A stretch of DNA of 64,000 bases from Escherichia phage S143_2. The DNA is taken from the sequence record MZ189261.1; one strand, 5' to 3'. This document shows positions 1 to 10,037 of the stretch, piece after piece. The translations under genes and the position numbers were made by a program. How positions within the stretch are numbered: the stretch's first letter is position 1; every line of letters starts with the position of its first letter. A model generated the notes under the pieces. That model had not been told where the DNA came from. It did no database searches and saw only the letters and a program-made list of their open reading frames with translations.

Positions 1-154
1 TATCGAAATATTTCGTAGCCTGACTTTCCGGACAATGAGCAAACAGTGATGGTTTATATTCTACTTCACGAGTACGTTCACGGCCATTAGAATCGATGTA
101 ACGTTCAAAAATTGAATCACCAATCTGTTCAACCGTTAAGTAAAATTCTTTCAT
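1..154 (-). CDS. 43: DNA polymerase gp43, N-terminal fragment (gene continues past window start)
   Basis: ATG at 154 on minus strand; translation MKEFYLTVEQIGDSIFERYIDSNGRERTREVEYKPSLFAHCPESQATKYFD matches recalled RB69-type B-family polymerase N-terminus. Confidence 0.85.
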   Translation of the reverse strand, partial: MKEFYLTVEQIGDSIFERYIDSNGRERTREVEYKPSLFAHCPESQATKYFD

Positions 155-213
155 TTAATTTCCTTTAGACGAGTTATTGTCTTTTGTTTGTTGATGAACT
201 TATTATACTCCAA

Positions 214-231
214 ATGGGACCGAAGTCCCAT
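214..231 (-). other. stable stem-loop with UUCG tetraloop (AUGGGAC-UUCG-GUCCCAU) just 3' of regA
   Basis: perfect 7-bp inverted repeat around a cgaa/uucg loop, 5 nt after regA stop; no U-run. Confidence 0.4.
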
Positions 232-235
232 TGCT

Positions 236-604
236 TTAATTACCAATTGTATATTTTGCTTTCAAAGTCCAGTCATCTTTCTGTTTAAAAGAGATAACAC
301 GGAAGTTATTAGTCAGGCTAAATAGATCTTCACGAGCAGAGTCTTCAATAACAATCAATCCCCAGTCTTCAAGCAACTGGGCAATCGAATCACGTCGCTG
401 ATAGTCTTCACCATCAATATCAACCTGACGCCCGTCCATACGCAGCATTTCTTTAAAGTGGACGATATAGTACTTACCTTGCTTTTGGAGGATATGACAA
501 GACTGGTAAAGGACTTTATCCTTGTTATTAGCGATGCCCATACGGGTCAAAGTCTCTTTGACTTTCAGAAAATCTTCAGGGTTCTTCAATTTAATTTCAA
601 TCAT
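236..604 (-). CDS. regA: RegA translational repressor
   Basis: 122-aa product MIEIKLKNPEDFLKVKETLTRMGIANNKDKVLYQSCHILQK resembles T4 RegA; synteny 62-regA-43; track start at 613 is 3 codons upstream. Confidence 0.85.
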   Translation of the reverse strand: MIEIKLKNPEDFLKVKETLTRMGIANNKDKVLYQSCHILQKQGKYYIVHFKEMLRMDGRQVDIDGEDYQRRDSIAQLLEDWGLIVIEDSAREDLFSLTNNFRVISFKQKDDWTLKAKYTIGN

Positions 605-606
605 TT

Positions 607-1170
607 TTACCATTCCAATGCTAATTTTTTAAATTGTTTTTGTTCTTTCACATTTTTTGTAACTTCTTTGAGAAACTCATCAGTGACCATGGCCTTCAGT
701 TCTTTAAGGACTATTGGCAACTTGTTATTTTTTTCAAGGAGCCTCTTATACTCGGTAGCATCATTCATGTTGATTGTGTAATGTTTCATCAACAGTTTGA
801 TAACTAGTAACTCTGAAGTGTCTTCGACTAGTTTAGCCCATTTAGAGAATCGACGTCCACGCGGAATTGCAGCCATCATATAGTTGAAGTGCGCTTCATC
901 ACTTAATTCAGAACCGACTAAGTTCATCATGTAAACGGCTGGCATACATTCTGGGAACTGGGATAATGAGTTCTCAACCATAAATTTTGAGTAGTCGACC
1001 TGAGCAATTGACATAGATTTCTTTTCATTAATAGCATTAATGATTTTAAAGAATTCATTCTCAGGTTTTTCTTTAAACATATCAGCACATTTTTGAATCG
1101 CATCGGCGTCATTAGACTTCCATGCAATTTGGTGCTCGTTAAGCCGGACGTCATCATCGAATAAGTTCAT
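607..1170 (-). CDS. 62: clamp loader small subunit gp62
   Basis: 187 aa, same size as T4 gp62; located between gp44 and regA. Confidence 0.8.
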   Translation of the reverse strand: MNLFDDDVRLNEHQIAWKSNDADAIQKCADMFKEKPENEFFKIINAINEKKSMSIAQVDYSKFMVENSLSQFPECMPAVYMMNLVGSELSDEAHFNYMMAAIPRGRRFSKWAKLVEDTSELLVIKLLMKHYTINMNDATEYKRLLEKNNKLPIVLKELKAMVTDEFLKEVTKNVKEQKQFKKLALEW

Positions 1171-1171
1171 A

Positions 1172-2134
1172 TTATTTCCAAGTCAGTTCGCAGGTCAGTT
1201 GAAGAAGCATATACATAACATGTAATTCAATATTACTTGCTAATCCATGAAACTTATTGTTTTCGCCTGCAATTTCATAAAGCGAAATAATACTTTTACC
1301 AGGTGCAACTTGGTCATAACATTCTGAAACTAATTTATCGATGAACCATGAATAATCTGCGGCATATTTTGGAGCTAATGCACGAAGCTGTTTGATATCT
1401 TTGTTCTTCATTGCTTCGATAACATCAGAGACTGTGCCACGGTCATTAGTTACGATAGACAGAATACCTGCATCAAGAACACCTTTAGACGAGTACTGGT
1501 CTAATTGTCCAATTGTACGACGAAAGTCCGGGAAGTTCTTTTTAACCAGAGCTGCAACAACTTTCATATCAGCGATTTCGATATTTTCGTTCTTACAGAT
1601 TTCAACCATACGATGAATCATTTTCTTCATCATCGAGATTTTATCTTCTTCGGTTGGACGTCCGAATTCGATAACTCGACAACGACTACGTAATGGTTCA
1701 ATAATTCCATCGATGTTGTTAGCAGTAATAATAATAGAACAGTTACTAGAGAATTCTTCCATAAACGTACGAAGGTGACGTTGTGATTCGGCGAGGCCAC
1801 TACGGTCAAATTCATCAATAACAATAACTTTAGGCTTGCCTTCCATTGAGACTGAACGAGCGAATGCAGTTAACGGACCACGCACAAAATCAATCTTACA
1901 ATCAGAACCGTTGACGAACATCATTTCGGCATTGATATCATTACATAATGCTTTTGCTACGGTTGTTTTACCTGTACCAGGAGAAGGAGAGTGCAAAATA
2001 ATATGAGGAAGTTTTCCTTTAGATACTAAAGACTTGAATGTTTCATGGTCATACGCAGGCAGAATACATTCGTCAATGGAAGAAGGACGATATTTCTGTT
2101 CTAGAATGTGTTCTTTGGAATTGATAGTAATCAT
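1172..2134 (-). CDS. 44: clamp loader ATPase gp44
   Basis: 320 aa; Walker A GTGKTT; AAA+ clamp-loader architecture; synteny. Confidence 0.9.
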   Translation of the reverse strand: MITINSKEHILEQKYRPSSIDECILPAYDHETFKSLVSKGKLPHIILHSPSPGTGKTTVAKALCNDINAEMMFVNGSDCKIDFVRGPLTAFARSVSMEGKPKVIVIDEFDRSGLAESQRHLRTFMEEFSSNCSIIITANNIDGIIEPLRSRCRVIEFGRPTEEDKISMMKKMIHRMVEICKNENIEIADMKVVAALVKKNFPDFRRTIGQLDQYSSKGVLDAGILSIVTNDRGTVSDVIEAMKNKDIKQLRALAPKYAADYSWFIDKLVSECYDQVAPGKSIISLYEIAGENNKFHGLASNIELHVMYMLLQLTCELTWK

Positions 2135-2209
2135 GTAATTTTCCTCATTATCATTAAACTGGAGGATTTCTCCTCCATAATCGTATCACAATAAACGTAA
2201 AGCTTTGAC

Positions 2210-2896
2210 TTAGAAGTCGTGAGTAGAATCGGCTTCCATCGCAATAACATAACTTACTTGAGAGCTTTCAAACTTGGCTGCAACTTTATCACCAGCTCCC
2301 CACAACATTACTTTATAGTTACCTGGCTGGATTTTCATATTAGCCATATTGATTACGAAGTTAAAGTTGTTAGAACCATCATAATCGGTAAGAGTCAAAG
2401 AATACTTAGGACGAGTTAGTCCAGAATCTTCAACTTTATTATAGCCGTTGATAACAATTTTACCATCTTTATTTGTAATAGCAATTGTATCAATCTGAAG
2501 ACCACGTGAAACTCGAAGCAATTGTTGAAGGTCTTCAGCTTTAATTTCAGTAATCACAGAAGCCACTGGGAATTGAATTGGCTTATTAGGAAAAACAATG
2601 GTGCTCTTGTCAGCGGCAGGCCAATAAACCGTGGAACGTGTATCTGCAATTTTAATATTGCCATCGGTGTGCATTGAAATTTCAGCATCATCAGACACTA
2701 GACTCAAAATGCTTAAGAAGCTATTCAAATCATAAAGTGCTACGTCAAAATCAATTTCATCAGAGATATTTGCTTCCGCATAAGTGGTGCCATTAACTGC
2801 ACGAGTCATAATAAATTTACCTTGACTCAGCAGAATGCCTGAGTTAATAGAGGCAAAGTTTTTCAGAATAGCGATAGTATCTTTAGACAGTTTCAT
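2210..2896 (-). CDS. 45: sliding clamp gp45
   Basis: 228 aa from ATG at 2896 (MKLSKDTIAILKNFASINSGI...); track start 2911 is a TTG; matches T4 gp45 sequence and length. Confidence 0.9.
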   Translation of the reverse strand: MKLSKDTIAILKNFASINSGILLSQGKFIMTRAVNGTTYAEANISDEIDFDVALYDLNSFLSILSLVSDDAEISMHTDGNIKIADTRSTVYWPAADKSTIVFPNKPIQFPVASVITEIKAEDLQQLLRVSRGLQIDTIAITNKDGKIVINGYNKVEDSGLTRPKYSLTLTDYDGSNNFNFVINMANMKIQPGNYKVMLWGAGDKVAAKFESSQVSYVIAMEADSTHDF

Positions 2897-2938
2897 TTTA
2901 TTTCCTTTCAAGACAATTCAAAGTTTATAACAAATTTA

Positions 2939-3355
2939 TTATGCAGCAACCATCTGCTTTTTAATAGCTTCAGGCAGTGATTCAATATATTCTGGAATTT
3001 TAGAAGCAACAATTTCGCCAGCTGCAATTAGTTGTTCGTCGGCATCAACACAGTAGAAATCTTCCAGACGCTCAGAACCGTCTTTATCAAGAACGATTTT
3101 TCCGCCAGCTTCAATAGAATCTTTATAGTGCTTACGCATCAGATGAATCCACATATCAGATACATCGTTATCAATAAAACCATAAATCATAAAACGAGTT
3201 TCTTGTGGCAAAGATTGGAGTTTTTTAGCACTTGCGTCATCACAATGCAGGACCCATGCTTTACGAACACGATTATGGTTATGTGGGTTAGCGTCAGTAC
3301 GGATAGAAGTAACTTTCAGATCAGCAGCAGTGAAACCTTTAGCAGTAGTAAACAT
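2939..3355 (-). CDS. rpbA: RNA polymerase binding protein RpbA-like
   Basis: 138-aa ORF immediately upstream of gene 45 as in T4; assignment by position and size only. Confidence 0.55.
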   Translation of the reverse strand: MFTTAKGFTAADLKVTSIRTDANPHNHNRVRKAWVLHCDDASAKKLQSLPQETRFMIYGFIDNDVSDMWIHLMRKHYKDSIEAGGKIVLDKDGSERLEDFYCVDADEQLIAAGEIVASKIPEYIESLPEAIKKQMVAA

Positions 3356-3367
3356 ATTATTTCTCTC

Positions 3368-3568
3368 TTATTCGTAGAAGTCGGTAACTGTCCATGCGGA
3401 ATTGCGATTAGACATTATTTTATTATACTCATCTTTAAAAGCAGATTTGAGCATTTGTTCAGTAACAATATGTTCTTCACCTGAAAACGTATTGGTCAAA
3501 ACATATTTTTTAATTTCAGGGACAACAAGAAGATGTTGTCCGGTTGAATACTCCATGTTGTTCTCCAT
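3368..3568 (-). CDS. hypothetical protein (T4 45.2 position)
   Basis: 66-aa ORF between gene 46 and rpbA. Confidence 0.45.
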   Translation of the reverse strand: MENNMEYSTGQHLLVVPEIKKYVLTNTFSGEEHIVTEQMLKSAFKDEYNKIMSNRNSAWTVTDFYE

Positions 3569-3610
3569 TTAATTTGATGTGGTCATTATAACCACATCGT
3601 GTTAAAGCGT

Positions 3611-5299
3611 TTATGAAACAGTCATTACCGTAAATCGTCCAACTTTGCTCATCTGAAGATGTTGTCCATAACGTTGAGGGTCATGGTCTCGATGAGAGAT
3701 AATGAACACATTAGTATTTTGTAAACTTCCAAGAATGGTATCTATAGCCTTAACAGCCTCAGAATCGACAGCACCATCAAAAACCTCATCAAGAATCAGA
3801 GTGTTGATTTTAACACCAGAGACCTTTTCAGCAATATCTCGCCATGTAAACAACAATGCGATATCGATACGTGCCTTTTCACCTTGACTAAATGAAGCAT
3901 AACTAAAATCTTCACGACCACGTGATTTTATAGATTCATTGAATTCTTCGTCAATAGAAAACACGTAATCAGCTTCCATGATTTTAAGATAATAGTTAAT
4001 CTGCTTGTTGAACAGAGGCACATATTTTTTAATGATAGCACCTTTAATACCAGAATCTTTTAACATATCTGTGATAATACCACGATGGTATTTTTCAAGA
4101 ACGATATCAGATTTTGTTTTAATGATTTTATCAAGTTCTTTTTGAAGCAAAGCTATCTCATCAGCATGGTCGATAAATTCCGCCGAGGCTTGTTCTATTG
4201 CAGCTTTAACTTTCTTAGCTTTATCAATAGTGGCAATCATTGCTTGTTTTTTGGTACGAATATCAGATGCAAGGTCCTGTTTAGTCTTAACATTAGCTCT
4301 ATATTCGTCCACTAGGACACTCAGATTATCTCTGTGGCAGGTAAGTTGCTCGAATGAGTGATTACATTCATGAAGCTTATCGGTAATCTTAGAGACAATA
4401 GGATCACCCTGGTGCAACTGTGATGCACAAGTAGGACATGTACCACCATCATGATACATCTTAATAACTTTGTTATATGAGTCAATTTTAGATTTAATCA
4501 AGAATGCTTCTTGTCCGATCTTGTTGAACGCCTCAGTAGGGTCTTCGTCAAGAACGATATTAAGTAGACGCTCGTTAGCTTCTTCGATTTCTGCTTTTAA
4601 TGAACGAGCTTCTTTGGCTAGGTCGTCATACATATTCTGTAGACGCGCTACATTATCACCAGATAATTTCTTTTGACGTTCGATATTCTCGTTATAAATC
4701 TTAATTTGTTGGATAATACCATCTTTCTTGGCATCGAGAACTTGTCCCTGGGAATTAAGTTCTCGAACTTGAGACTTATTGATTTTATCCATTTCAGCGA
4801 GTGTGCCGACTTCTAAAAGGTCTTCGACAAGTTTTCTACGAGCAGGGGTGCTAAGAGCCATGAAAGGGGTATACCCTGCCGTCCCAAGCACAACGATTTG
4901 TTTAAAAGACGCGTATGACATTCCGATGCTACGTTCAAATTCTTCTTGGAAGTCACGACTGCTGGCAGATTCATCAAGACGAACACCGTCAACGGAGATT
5001 TCGAAAATATTGGGCTTTTGGCCACGTTTAATGAAGTATTTTTTACCATCGAATTCCATCCAAAGCTCAACTAAGAGCTCTTTCTTGTTCGTGCTATTAA
5101 TGATTTGCCCTTTCTTAACATCACGAAATGGTTTACCGAAAAGTCCGAAAGTAATGGCTTCTAACATCGTAGATTTACCACCACCATTTTTACCGGTGAT
5201 TAATGTCTTTTGGACTTTATCTAATTGGATATCAATAGGATTCCCACCTACCGACATGATGTTTTGATAACGAACACGATTTAATTTAAATGATTTCAT
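3611..5299 (-). CDS. 46: recombination nuclease ATPase subunit gp46 (Rad50/SbcC-like)
   Basis: 562 aa; Walker A GKNGGGKST; long coiled-coil middle; CxxC hook (CPTC); T4 gp46 is 560 aa. Confidence 0.9.
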   Translation of the reverse strand: MKSFKLNRVRYQNIMSVGGNPIDIQLDKVQKTLITGKNGGGKSTMLEAITFGLFGKPFRDVKKGQIINSTNKKELLVELWMEFDGKKYFIKRGQKPNIFEISVDGVRLDESASSRDFQEEFERSIGMSYASFKQIVVLGTAGYTPFMALSTPARRKLVEDLLEVGTLAEMDKINKSQVRELNSQGQVLDAKKDGIIQQIKIYNENIERQKKLSGDNVARLQNMYDDLAKEARSLKAEIEEANERLLNIVLDEDPTEAFNKIGQEAFLIKSKIDSYNKVIKMYHDGGTCPTCASQLHQGDPIVSKITDKLHECNHSFEQLTCHRDNLSVLVDEYRANVKTKQDLASDIRTKKQAMIATIDKAKKVKAAIEQASAEFIDHADEIALLQKELDKIIKTKSDIVLEKYHRGIITDMLKDSGIKGAIIKKYVPLFNKQINYYLKIMEADYVFSIDEEFNESIKSRGREDFSYASFSQGEKARIDIALLFTWRDIAEKVSGVKINTLILDEVFDGAVDSEAVKAIDTILGSLQNTNVFIISHRDHDPQRYGQHLQMSKVGRFTVMTVS

Positions 5300-5550
5300 A
5301 TGTATTCTCTTCGAATGAAGTCCTCTACATATTTTAACATGTCATCCCTATCAGCAAAATATTCATCTAGTTCTGCATACATAACAACACCTGGTGCGTA
5401 CTCACAGGTAACATACATTGTTCCAAAGAAACGAGGAGTTGATTCCTCGTAATTCTCAGTCCATTCAACGATACCAATATAACCGTCACCAATACTAAAT
5501 TCATGACGATGGATTTCATAATCAGTCTTCGTCATTATACGCGTCCTCAA
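5296..5550 (-). CDS. hypothetical protein (between 47 and 46)
   Basis: 84-aa ORF with ATGA-type overlap to gp46. Confidence 0.5.
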   Translation of the reverse strand: MRTRIMTKTDYEIHRHEFSIGDGYIGIVEWTENYEESTPRFFGTMYVTCEYAPGVVMYAELDEYFADRDDMLKYVEDFIRREYI

Positions 5551-5779
5551 TACATGCTTCAGCCATTTTAAGAATAGAGCCAGGAGTATCGTTGTCCATT
5601 ATATTAAAGCTAAATTCGATAGCCCAGTCGGTGCAGACATGAACTGCTTTAACTTCATTGCCTTCAATGCGTAATGGCTCAATCCAATACTTGATAGTGT
5701 TCTCGAATCCATCATCATCTTTAATGTCCATTTCAACTTCAAGCCTGAGTCCAGCATTGTTAAATTCATCTAAAGTCAT
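5522..5779 (-). CDS. hypothetical acidic protein (between 47 and 46)
   Basis: 85-aa ORF; overlaps gp47 stop. Confidence 0.5.
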   Translation of the reverse strand: MTLDEFNNAGLRLEVEMDIKDDDGFENTIKYWIEPLRIEGNEVKAVHVCTDWAIEFSFNIMDNDTPGSILKMAEACIEDAYNDED

Positions 5780-6795
5780 TGTGTTGCCTCAATATAAAGT
5801 TCGTTGGAATATTTGACCAGCGCTTCTCTGTCTTCGTCTGAGATATCTGGAATCGCGTCAATATATTCTTTAATGATATCTTGAAGTGATTTAATCTCGA
5901 TTTCCTGGTCGTCATCAGATTCAACACTGTTATCAACTTTAGAAACCATACGAAGAGAGTGAACTACTTTTTCAAGTTCAGATTCAAACTTAGTCAACTC
6001 TGAATCAATTTCTGATACTATAACACGTAAGGCTAGATTAGTATAATCAGAATAATTGATTTTGCCTTTAAACGGATAAGTGATTCGTCGATGCCATGTT
6101 GTTTCATTAGGAATAAATTCCATACGTTCAACATCAGTGTCAAATACCCAGAATCCGCGCGGGTCGTTCTCATCGCCTGCAGTAAGGGTCCATGGTGTCC
6201 CAATATATTTGACGTTAGCAGCTTCAGAGATTGTGTGGAAGTGGCCGGACCAGACTTGTTTATAGGTCTTTAAGAAATCAGGTTCAAGCCCATGAGACTT
6301 CATTCCTTTATAGAAATAAAAGCCATTCAGTTCCCAGTGCCCAACACAATAAGCGGCAGAAGAAGTCTTGATGTGCTCTAAGATTTCACCTGTATTTTCT
6401 TCACACATCCATGGAACGATATCAATCAGACATCCGTCAAAATCTACAGTAGTTGGATGCTCGTAAATAGTAAAGTTTTCAAATTGAGTTAACAATTCAG
6501 AAACAGTGTTAGGTGTTATTGTATTCTTAAACGCCATGTCATGATTTCCTATCGTGACATGAACGTGAATGCCTGCTTTAGAAATCATATCAACGATTTC
6601 ACGATTGAATTCCATTGTACGATGTGTTATTGCTTTACGGACGTCAAACCAATCACCGTACTGAATCCAAGTTTTAATCCCGTGTTTCTTAGAGTATTCA
6701 ATTGCTTGACGAATACCATCACGTTGAATATCTTGAACCCATGGGTCATCTTGTTTGACTCCGATATGGAAGTCGCCTAAGTGCAAAATTTTCAT
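5776..6795 (-). CDS. 47: recombination nuclease subunit gp47 (Mre11/SbcD-like)
   Basis: 339 aa, same as T4 gp47; phosphoesterase motifs (LHLGDFH, GNHD). Confidence 0.9.
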   Translation of the reverse strand: MKILHLGDFHIGVKQDDPWVQDIQRDGIRQAIEYSKKHGIKTWIQYGDWFDVRKAITHRTMEFNREIVDMISKAGIHVHVTIGNHDMAFKNTITPNTVSELLTQFENFTIYEHPTTVDFDGCLIDIVPWMCEENTGEILEHIKTSSAAYCVGHWELNGFYFYKGMKSHGLEPDFLKTYKQVWSGHFHTISEAANVKYIGTPWTLTAGDENDPRGFWVFDTDVERMEFIPNETTWHRRITYPFKGKINYSDYTNLALRVIVSEIDSELTKFESELEKVVHSLRMVSKVDNSVESDDDQEIEIKSLQDIIKEYIDAIPDISDEDREALVKYSNELYIEATQ

Positions 6796-6841
6796 ATTAT
6801 TTCCTCATTAGTTAATTCATTCTATCATCCGTTTATAAAGC

Positions 6842-6873
6842 AAAAAAAAAAAAAGGAACTCCGAAGAGTTCCT
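6842..6873 (-). terminator. rho-independent terminator (minus strand)
   Basis: 8-bp stem GGAACUC/GAGUUCC type with 4-nt loop, followed on minus strand by a 13-nt U run (plus-strand A13 at 6842-6854). Confidence 0.7.
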
Positions 6874-7045
6874 ATCCACATAGTACACCGTACAGAGGCT
6901 CATTTGAACTTTTAAATCGAATGGGCTTGTATGTAATAGTTCCTTCGGCTTTAGCTTTATCATAAGACTCTTTAAAACGTCTCATTCTTTCTGCTTTGCC
7001 TTTACGGATTTTATCGAAATTTTCAGAGGTCAGGTCGTTCGTCAT
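6872..7045 (-). CDS. hypothetical small basic protein (57 aa)
   Basis: ATG at 7045; MTNDLTSENFDKIRKGKAERMRRFKESYDKAKAEG...; below track cutoff; stop overlaps terminator stem. Confidence 0.35.
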   Translation of the reverse strand: MTNDLTSENFDKIRKGKAERMRRFKESYDKAKAEGTITYKPIRFKSSNEPLYGVLCG

Positions 7046-7087
7046 GCATAATCACCTCTCAGAAAATACCTAAATCGATTTCTCTCA

Positions 7088-7306
7088 TCATTTCCACCAT
7101 TTCTTAACTTGAAATGAATCAACCCATACGAGTTGTTTTGGGTCTGCCTTTACAATAGGTGGACAAATTTCTGTAATAGAACCGTCGTGATATTCCTTTT
7201 CAGAGATTTTAACACAAAGAGGACCTCCCAATTTAAGGGTGAACCCTGCGTTCAGCTTCAGACGTTTAAACTTTGTTTGAACTAGCGCCATTAATGATGT
7301 CCTCAA
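7088..7306 (-). CDS. hypothetical protein
   Basis: 72-aa ORF in the interval where T4 carries alpha-glucosyltransferase. Confidence 0.4.
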   Translation of the reverse strand: MRTSLMALVQTKFKRLKLNAGFTLKLGGPLCVKISEKEYHDGSITEICPPIVKADPKQLVWVDSFQVKKWWK

Positions 7307-7589
7307 TAGCCTGACGAGTAGTAACCCACTGGATTTTAATTAACTTGTCATTATATGGTTGTCGTAGAATATCCCGAGATTTCTTAATAGCATATTCGTA
7401 AGCTTCGAAGTTGTTTTGAATTGCTGCTTCTTGAGCATGAGCATAAAGACGGTTTAGTTCAAAACGATTCTTTTTAAGAATCTTTTCGGATTTTTTACGT
7501 GCTTCAGCTTCATTTTTCTTTTGGATTTCTTGTAGCATTTTAGCTACTGCATCTTCTGCTTCTTTATTTTCAATAATCTCGGTAGTCAT
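7266..7589 (-). CDS. hypothetical protein
   Basis: 107-aa ORF downstream of gene 55. Confidence 0.45.
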   Translation of the reverse strand: MTTEIIENKEAEDAVAKMLQEIQKKNEAEARKKSEKILKKNRFELNRLYAHAQEAAIQNNFEAYEYAIKKSRDILRQPYNDKLIKIQWVTTRQAIEDIINGASSNKV

Positions 7590-7590
7590 A

Positions 7591-7806
7591 TTATCTCATT
7601 AAATTAAAATAAAAACGTCCATCCTCTTCAATACAGAACTCATACTCAACCGGAGTCCCATTTATTGAAAATGACACGTCATGTGGGTTCAAAGGGTCGA
7701 TGTCAAAATTAATTTTAAATTCACGACCCAACAGTTTTACCAAATAAGGGATTGCTTCGTCAAAAGGTTCTTCTAAGTAGTTAGAGATGTCAATTGTCAT
7801 CCTCAT
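7591..7806 (-). CDS. hypothetical protein (start uncertain)
   Basis: track ORF 7591..7884 overlaps gene 55 by 95 nt; internal Met ([10 protein letters not shown]) more plausible. Confidence 0.35.
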   Translation of the reverse strand: MRMTIDISNYLEEPFDEAIPYLVKLLGREFKINFDIDPLNPHDVSFSINGTPVEYEFCIEEDGRFYFNLMR

Positions 7807-8347
7807 ATAAAAAATCCAAACTAGGCGAATCGCTAACAACTTCCTTCTTTTCAGCCCCAGGAGCTTTATAAGCGGATTCTTCATAATGCGTCATTTTATC
7901 GTAGATGTCTTGAATAAACGTTTCATCTACCAACGCTACCATATCATCGTCATGACTGTCGTAGACATTATGAACGAAGTAACTATATTTCTTTGCAACT
8001 TCCTTACGTTCTTTTTTGATACGTTGGACAAAAGCATTAAAACAAGCTCGAGTTATGTATGCATGTGGGTTATTGTACTTAGTTTCGTCGAAATTATGAA
8101 GTCCCTTAATAGAGGCTTCAATCCCATCTGCAATCATCTCCTGCTTCCAAGACTGGGTATATCCTGAAAAGTTGAAACGTTTGGACAGGCCTTCGGCGAT
8201 AAGCATAATTGCTAAACCGATGGTATCATTCTGACGAATAATTTTGTTTGGGTCTTTATTATTTAAGAGCTCCTTTTTCCACTCGATTATAGCGGCGAGA
8301 AGCTCTTTATTATTCACATAGTTATTTTTAGGTTTTTGTTCAGTCAT
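7790..8347 (-). CDS. 55: late-transcription sigma factor gp55
   Basis: 185 aa, same as T4 gp55; sequence NYVNNKELL...[40 protein letters not shown] matches T4 gp55. Confidence 0.9.
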   Translation of the reverse strand: MTEQKPKNNYVNNKELLAAIIEWKKELLNNKDPNKIIRQNDTIGLAIMLIAEGLSKRFNFSGYTQSWKQEMIADGIEASIKGLHNFDETKYNNPHAYITRACFNAFVQRIKKERKEVAKKYSYFVHNVYDSHDDDMVALVDETFIQDIYDKMTHYEESAYKAPGAEKKEVVSDSPSLDFLYEDDN

Positions 8348-8419
8348 AAGTACCTCTTAGCTCAATTCATAGGTCTATTATATCATAATATTTAGAGACC
8401 TATCTTAAAGCACGAGATA

Positions 8420-8689
8420 CTATCGGAGCAAACAATAAGCCTGAAACACTTTTTCCATTAAACGTTTGAACTCATGGATATCGATATAAAGCTCAGTAAG
8501 ACCGGCATTATAAAGAAAATCTAAAAAGTTCTCATGTGTTTCGTTATAGTCGCCTTCGTTTAATTGAGATACATGAGTTTCCCAAAAACCAACACCTTTA
8601 ACGAATGGAAAATACGTGACTTTCATGTATTCGTCAACATAAAATTCGCCCAGCTTTTCTTCAGTTATACTGATTCGAGTTAATTTCAT
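8420..8689 (-). CDS. hypothetical protein
   Basis: 89-aa ORF. Confidence 0.45.
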   Translation of the reverse strand: MKLTRISITEEKLGEFYVDEYMKVTYFPFVKGVGFWETHVSQLNEGDYNETHENFLDFLYNAGLTELYIDIHEFKRLMEKVFQAYCLLR

Positions 8690-8913
8690 TCTAGTTCCTT
8701 TGCTGCTTCAAGAGCAGCATCCAGCGAATCAAATTGGTCAACGAAATCAATATTCAACGCATCGTCAACCGTAGCATATAACCACCATTGTTTGAATTCG
8801 TATTCTAGAATAAATCCAGGACCTTCAATCTGAGGAAGACCTAGACTATTTGTACCAACTTCGTAACCAGCTAGACGCAGGTCATTAATCAAAGTTTCTG
8901 TTAATACGCTCAT
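8686..8913 (-). CDS. hypothetical acidic protein
   Basis: 75-aa ORF, ATGA overlap with downstream gene. Confidence 0.45.
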   Translation of the reverse strand: MSVLTETLINDLRLAGYEVGTNSLGLPQIEGPGFILEYEFKQWWLYATVDDALNIDFVDQFDSLDAALEAAKELE

Positions 8914-8937
8914 TTTACCGCCTTAACAATTTTAAGG

Positions 8938-9243
8938 TCAACGAATTTTTTTCTTACGTTGATTTTTCATACGACGGATAGTCTTTTCAGAGATTTCATG
9001 TTTCTGATAAGCTTTAGATTCAACACCAAATGCAGCAACGTCAAATTCAGAAAGAATATATTGTACTAGAATTTCACGAATAGAATTACGTCCAATTTTC
9101 TGGTCGTGTTTTTGCATGATTTCATAAAGACGGAATTCCCACGCGTCAAGAACTTGAGGAGTAACAATATTGCCGGATTCCAGAAGAGCAACAACTTTAT
9201 CGAAAGCGAAAGAATTAACTACGTTTTTGATTTTAGTAGACAT
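8938..9243 (-). CDS. hypothetical protein (start corrected to internal ATG)
   Basis: track start 9291 lies inside promoter element; ATG at 9243 preceded by GAGGA. Confidence 0.4.
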   Translation of the reverse strand: MSTKIKNVVNSFAFDKVVALLESGNIVTPQVLDAWEFRLYEIMQKHDQKIGRNSIREILVQYILSEFDVAAFGVESKAYQKHEISEKTIRRMKNQRKKKIR

Positions 9244-9274
9244 ATTATTTTCCTCGGTTATTTTATTATCCAAC

Positions 9275-9310
9275 GAGAGAATTATACTCATCTCTCAAGA
9301 GTTTGTATAT
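9275..9310 (-). promoter_or_regulatory. sigma70-type early promoter with palindrome flanking -10 (module family B)
   Basis: minus strand reads caaactcttGAGAGAtgagTATAATTCTCTCgttggataataaa; near-identical copy at 39872-39906. Confidence 0.5.
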
Positions 9311-9549
9311 TATTTTTTAAGCATGAAAAGTAAGTAATTTGTATCACGTGGAGTAATATCAACACCCATATCAAAGATGCCTTTATAGATTGGGTATTTG
9401 TTTTCGGTTGTATCGAAGCTGAAACTATTTCCATCACAACTAACAGTAATAGCATCTGTTAAAATGTCATACTCAATCCTAACAATTGAATCCCCAATTT
9501 TAACGTCGAGGTGTTTTTTGAATTTGATAAAATCTAATTCTTGGGCCAT
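9310..9549 (-). CDS. hypothetical protein
   Basis: 79-aa ORF. Confidence 0.45.
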   Translation of the reverse strand: MAQELDFIKFKKHLDVKIGDSIVRIEYDILTDAITVSCDGNSFSFDTTENKYPIYKGIFDMGVDITPRDTNYLLFMLKK

Positions 9550-9612
9550 GATATTTTACTCATTTTAAGACGATAGGAAGATAATAACATGTCTTCCTAT
9601 CGTTGTACATTA

Positions 9613-9825
9613 TTAACCGAACTTTTTAGCGCCTTTCCAGCCTTCGTACATAACTGCACAAGTCAATAGTACAGCGTGCTGGCATTCTTTGTATTTGTAA
9701 ACCCAGAACCAGCGTAAGAAGTCTTCATCCTCAACGCCGTTGAGTTTCATATTGGCAAAGAATTCTGCACGTTCTTCACGAAGCTTTTGCGATAACATAG
9801 ATTCAGGATTCATTTTGTGTTCCAC
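9613..9825 (-). CDS. hypothetical protein
   Basis: 70-aa ORF. Confidence 0.4.
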   Translation of the reverse strand: MEHKMNPESMLSQKLREERAEFFANMKLNGVEDEDFLRWFWVYKYKECQHAVLLTCAVMYEGWKGAKKFG

Positions 9826-10037
9826 GCCCCATTTTCATCGATGAACTTAATCCAGTCATTTACAGACCATTTAGTTGTATCACCCTTTGGATTAACATTT
9901 AAAGTGTATAATCCCTGCTTAAAAAGCATTCGTTTGATATTCATAATTTCCTCAACTGTAACGATAACATTCGTTAGCTTTACGTTTGGCTTCAGTATGA
10001 GAAGTATTATAATCATACTCTTCTTTACTGTAAACAT
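9810..10037 (-). CDS. hypothetical protein
   Basis: 75-aa ORF. Confidence 0.4.
   Translation of the reverse strand: MFTVKKSMIIILLILKPNVKLTNVIVTVEEIMNIKRMLFKQGLYTLNVNPKGDTTKWSVNDWIKFIDENGAWNTK

Noticed and set aside
4779-5267. Plus-strand 162-aa ORF inside gene 46
   Set aside because: Antisense to a well-supported gene; no start context
6842-6854. A13 homopolymer as possible slippage site or sequencing artefact
   Set aside because: It directly follows a perfect hairpin on the minus strand, so it is best explained as the U-tract of an intrinsic terminator
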